A stretch of DNA of 64,000 nucleotides from Balanoglossus misakiensis (Eukaryota; Animalia; Hemichordata), in assembly GCA_040954595.2 (NCBI GenBank), contig CM082588.2, positions 5,964,202 through 6,028,201 on the forward strand, in the 5' to 3' direction. Below, one piece after another: positions 59,536 to 64,000 of this stretch (position 1 is its first letter; each line of letters begins with the position of its first letter). The translations under genes and the position numbers were made by a program. The notes beneath the pieces were generated by a model. That model worked only from the letters and a program-made list of their open reading frames with translations. It ran no database searches and had not been told where the DNA came from.

Positions 59536-60198
59536 GTTGTCTCCTGGAAGAAATCAAACACACAACTTTAAAACTAAATCCACTATTTACATGAATTTAA
59601 TTTATACAGTTATTTTGTCATTGTATGATTTTGCTCACTCTACCTAAAAATCTGTCACTGCATTTGAGACACCAGGCTTAGTTTCATGTTAATGAAATCC
59701 AATCGCAATACCAAATATCAGACGAAATCTATTAAAATTTTACATGCCACGAAATCAATGATGGTTGTCCTACCTTGTTCCTGACAATTCAAATGATTCT
59801 ATTTTATCTTACACGGACCATAATTTCAACCAGCAACATTATTCTTGTCAATCTATTCCAATATTTTAATTTGACACAAACAAGTCGTAACTTGTTTTAA
59901 ATTACTGCAATACAATGTTCATATTTCTATTTTATTTATGTGAGCAAGTTACAACAAATGTTGAAGGCTAACTTTATTGGAATATTGCTGAGGTAAACAT
60001 TTTGTGTTTACACATAAAACAGTCTTTCGCTGCTTTTTAGTTTAGTTTTCATGTGTGCATAATTATATACATTCATACTAGTACATGTATATGATGTATG
60101 TACACATCACATCAATTGATGAAAGTTTTGCAAAGTGTATTTGTACCGGAAATCATATTGTGAAGCCTATGAACTGTTAATGCAATGAAGGGCAGGCA

Positions 60199-60291
60199 TT
60201 AACCCTGACAACCCAATGGTTTGGTCCAAATCCATTGTCTTTTATGGTAAAGTTGGAACAGCACAAAGAGAACCTAGGTTGAAAGGGTTGA
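60199..60291 (+). mobile_element. ~90-bp TTAA-CCC MITE family, copy 5
   Basis: TTAACCCTGAC..GGTCCAAATCCATTGTCTTTTATGGTAAAGTTGGA..TGAAAGGGTTGA. Confidence 0.7.
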
Positions 60292-61084
60292 AGCTGCCAA
60301 TAACTGCAAATAACTGGCATTGTCATCTCATTGGACTGACACCATTAGCAACCCGAATTTCAGAAATAACTGGTTGGTTAAATCTTTCTTGTAAACGTCT
60401 TATCTGGAGGATGATATTCTTCACAAACAAAACCTTTTCAATCTGTTCTCTTAATATACTTTTTTGCAATTATCTTTCAATTATTAAATGAGCCACATCA
60501 CTGTCTCTGTTACATGATGTCTGGGAGACTGACCAACATGAACAGCCCTATACATTAAAAATATGCTGAAAAAATAGTTCAAATAAGCCAAACGACAGAA
60601 TTAAGTTAATCGCCCCATTTCATGGTACATTTCATCTTGTTAATTTCATTATGAATAGTTTAGTGGATTACTCATATGCTACAATGTATGTAATAGCTCC
60701 ACTCCCAAATCTGTGCAAATCACTTCGTTTGACGTCACTGGTCTCTGCAAATACAGGTGTCACGACCACTGGTCCACAAGTACTCAGACTTAGAGGAAAA
60801 AGTTCACAGCACACGTGGCAGATTTATTTTGAGCTTAAAATTAAAGTTTCATATAAGTTTGAAGAGTTTGGGTTTGGGAACTGTCACAAAATGACGGGAC
60901 ATTATTTTGACATTGTAGAGCCCCAACCACCCGAGGCCACACGAAACTTTAGGTACTGTATTAAATTCCCGTATGATGACAACATACTCTTCGGTCGTAA
61001 AACTACAACACAATCAACAAGACAGAAACAAAAATACTTGAGCAAAGAAGTGGTACCCCTTCCGTGAATATCAAAGGTACATAC

Positions 61085-61520
61085 CTTTCAATGTTGTTGT
61101 GTCTTTCACTCCAATCTTCCTGGATGACACGCACTCCCCACCTCAATCGAGCCAGAAGTTTTACTCTTTTTATCGTCTCTAGTTTCCGTATTTACCACAT
61201 CTTGTTGTCCTGGGAGTGTTCAGAATACTGTCAAAGTTGTTTCCGGTGGCCAAATTAACTGACGTTCTTCGGTGACAGTCAGCAACAACACGATATCTCC
61301 GAAATCTCGGTCACCCTAAAACTTTCTTCGACCTGTACACATCATGACGTACTGAATATATTTACATAACATTAGTGAGATCCATTCAAGAAAATTGTTC
61401 CGGGCATGCGCAGTGTACAACCACCTGCGATCCCAGAAACCAGTGCGTGGTTACCAATGAGAGTTTGTTTCCTTGGTGATACGACGGGCCGGCCCGCTAT
61501 GTGTATATTTCTATGACAAC
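61085..61520 (-). promoter_or_regulatory. Probable non-coding first exon and promoter of the convertase gene
   Basis: The ATG exon has a splice acceptor only 8 nt upstream of the ATG (ttccag|GAGACAACATG at 59543), which points to an upstream 5'UTR exon. A good donor (AAG|GTATGT) lies at 61085/61084. CpGs return locally at ~60.9-61.6 kb and there is an NRF1-like GCATGCGCAG near 61403. Confidence 0.5.
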
Positions 61521-64000
61521 CTGCCGATTCCGACGCTAGGCCTACTACCAGAAATACCATAATTAATTTAGTGACTGTTTGTCGTGACTATGGTAACTTG
61601 TCCCGTTTCTGCACATAAACAAATAAAAGAAGCCAGACAAGAAAATCTCGTAATAATATTTAATAAACATTTATTACATATAATGAGGACAAGGTTATTA
61701 TTGTATGGCAAGACATGGAGTAAATGCAGTCACTGTAGAAAAATATACCAGTACTTTTCAGTCCCACACATGATTAATACTTCATCAAAACTTCAATCGT
61801 CAGAACGGCATGTAACTCTCCCGTATCTTGTCTGGCAACTTGGTAAAACTTAATTTACACTTTACTCCCATGATCCAACAGTAGTTCGACTTGTTTCTTC
61901 TAAGGGCATGATCGCCATATAATTAAAAAAATTATCATGTATTTAGCATTAAAAAAAAGAACATGAATTGTTTCTATTAAAATGTGCTAAATTATTAAAA
62001 GCTGATCAATAAACTGTTATTATTTTGCCATTTACAATACAAAATTAATCAAGTAGACAGCACATATTAATGGTTGAAAAAAAAGCCAATTGATATATCA
62101 TTACCATATTTCTCCAGGTGTAAGTCCCCCCATACATGTATCGGTATAAGGCCCAGTCCAGGTTGAAGCTCATGTCTATGTACGAAACCATAGTCTCACA
62201 GAAATTTTCATATACCGTAAGTTATAAGCATATTAAAGCACATAGAAAATATGGCACTGTGTCCAGATCAAGAGAGTGTCAAGGCATGCACCCACTAGCT
62301 GAAATACAGGATGTCCCACATTAGCATTTACAACATTATTCTTGACATTTCAAGAGACCAGTCAAAAATTCAAAAAAGAAACACAGCTTTCTCCACTGTC
62401 TGCGTCAATAAGCTTGTTGTAAATTCTTCTGAACCTGAAATTTTTAAGTTCTTGGAGTTGAGCTCATGCACTGACAATTTCAGAGTTACATTTGGACAAA
62501 GTTTGGTAATCACTGTTATATCTGAATAATGTCTGTCTCTCTTGCAAAGTGAAACTGTTTTGCTAAGTACTAAATATGTAAAAACTTCTTCCCTTGAAAA
62601 TGTGGAAAATTCTGTCAAAAATGCTCATCAGAAAGATGTTGTTCTTAGGCCATCTATGTTTACATAAAATTATGTACAAGTATGACTGGAAAACTCGTGA
62701 TAGATTTGTTGAATGTTTCATGATTCTGTTTGGCAGGAGACAATACTCTGAACTATAACTAAAGCGCACGGTTTCCTTGGGATGTTGATCTAGTTAAACT
62801 CTTCTTCACAAAAGTGGAACAGGGATTGCAAATTCACATATGGTAAATCTTAAATGAAAAAGACAATATGGCATTCTTCTCGTCACAAATGATCTTTGAA
62901 ATATTTCAGTAAAATGACAATGTTGATTTGATATCATGCAAGTATATCTGTAAAAATCATAGTGTACAGAAAGTTTGTATAGCCATAATCTGGTACAATA
63001 GCTGGTACATCCATGTTATTCAATGGCTAAGCAAATATACCGCTTTTAAAACTGTCCAAAACAATCCTTTCACTAAAATTGGCACATGGGTTTGAGTATA
63101 GGAATGTGTTTTGAAAATTAATTTCAACTTTGAGCAGGTTCTCACTTTTTCATTAATTAAAGTATCAGCAAAATTATAATTGCAAAAGATTTCAACTTTC
63201 ATGCATGTTGATTGAGTGACCACAAATAATGTCGATAAAAGTACAGAATATTATAAATTAACAATTATAAATAGTTTCACAATTATGAAATAAACTTACA
63301 ATGCTTGAGATTGACTTATTGTAACTAGAAGTTGGCAGTTTACATATTTGGACTTTCTTACCATGTCTGTCACACAGTTGAACTTGATAACATAAGCAGA
63401 AAAAATTGTATAAACTTAGATACTAAGGAAAGATTTCAATAGCGATAAATACAAGGTGACTTTGAGTTAAATATTCATGTCATAGATTGTCTGATCTTGG
63501 CACAATTAATTCGATAAAGCAAAATTTGTTGAGATGTACAAAATTACCATGTTCAAAAATCGTCAAGTAGTCTAAATTACATTAAAGTTTGCAACTGAAC
63601 ATTTTAATCCTATAACGCTAAAATGATGTGAGCAAGAGAAAACTCAAAACTCAAAGCGCCCTCACAGTCTTAACTTAGTTGACTCATGACTCTCGTGTGT
63701 TTTCAAAATGTCTACAGAATATTATTCCGATCATCAACAGATGTTTAGGAAAACAAAATTGGTAAATATTACGTGAAATTTAAAACATCATCGACTTCTG
63801 ATTAGTGTACTGTACTTACATTTTGTTTGACATTTCAAAAAAAGACACCACTATAAAATAGAACACTTTTAAGAGTTTTTGTTTTTAAAAATTGGCTGCA
63901 AAGCAGTTAAAAGCCTTCGTTTTTCTTTAGATATTCTTTGGTAAAAGAGTTACACTTCTGGTTTGAAAAATAAAACTTTTCTAAATGAGATCCCTAGCTT

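Overview
Eukaryotic, intron-rich animal DNA. Gene content, intron style and repeat landscape suggest an invertebrate deuterostome such as a hemichordate (inference only). Bases 1-34.7 kb contain no recognisable protein-coding gene. That stretch is CpG-retaining and carries a 5x348-bp tandem array, a pair of near-identical ~510-bp inverted repeats 10 kb apart, palindromic MITE-like elements, microsatellites and perfect nuclear-receptor DR1 motifs. Bases 34.9-59.5 kb hold four complete spliced genes that I rebuilt by hand with GT-AG introns and consistent phases: a two-pore-domain K+ channel (+, 2 exons), a clan-2 cytochrome P450 (-, 3 exons), HACE1 (+, 26 exons) and an atypical soluble kexin/PCSK proprotein convertase (-, 12 coding exons). 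I see no CRISPR, rRNA, tRNA or transposase. I cannot claim a new biological system. The best leads are the atypical convertase, the long inverted-repeat pair, a consensus ERE inside a tandem duplication upstream of the P450, and hairpin elements sharing a CGAG-bubble signature.
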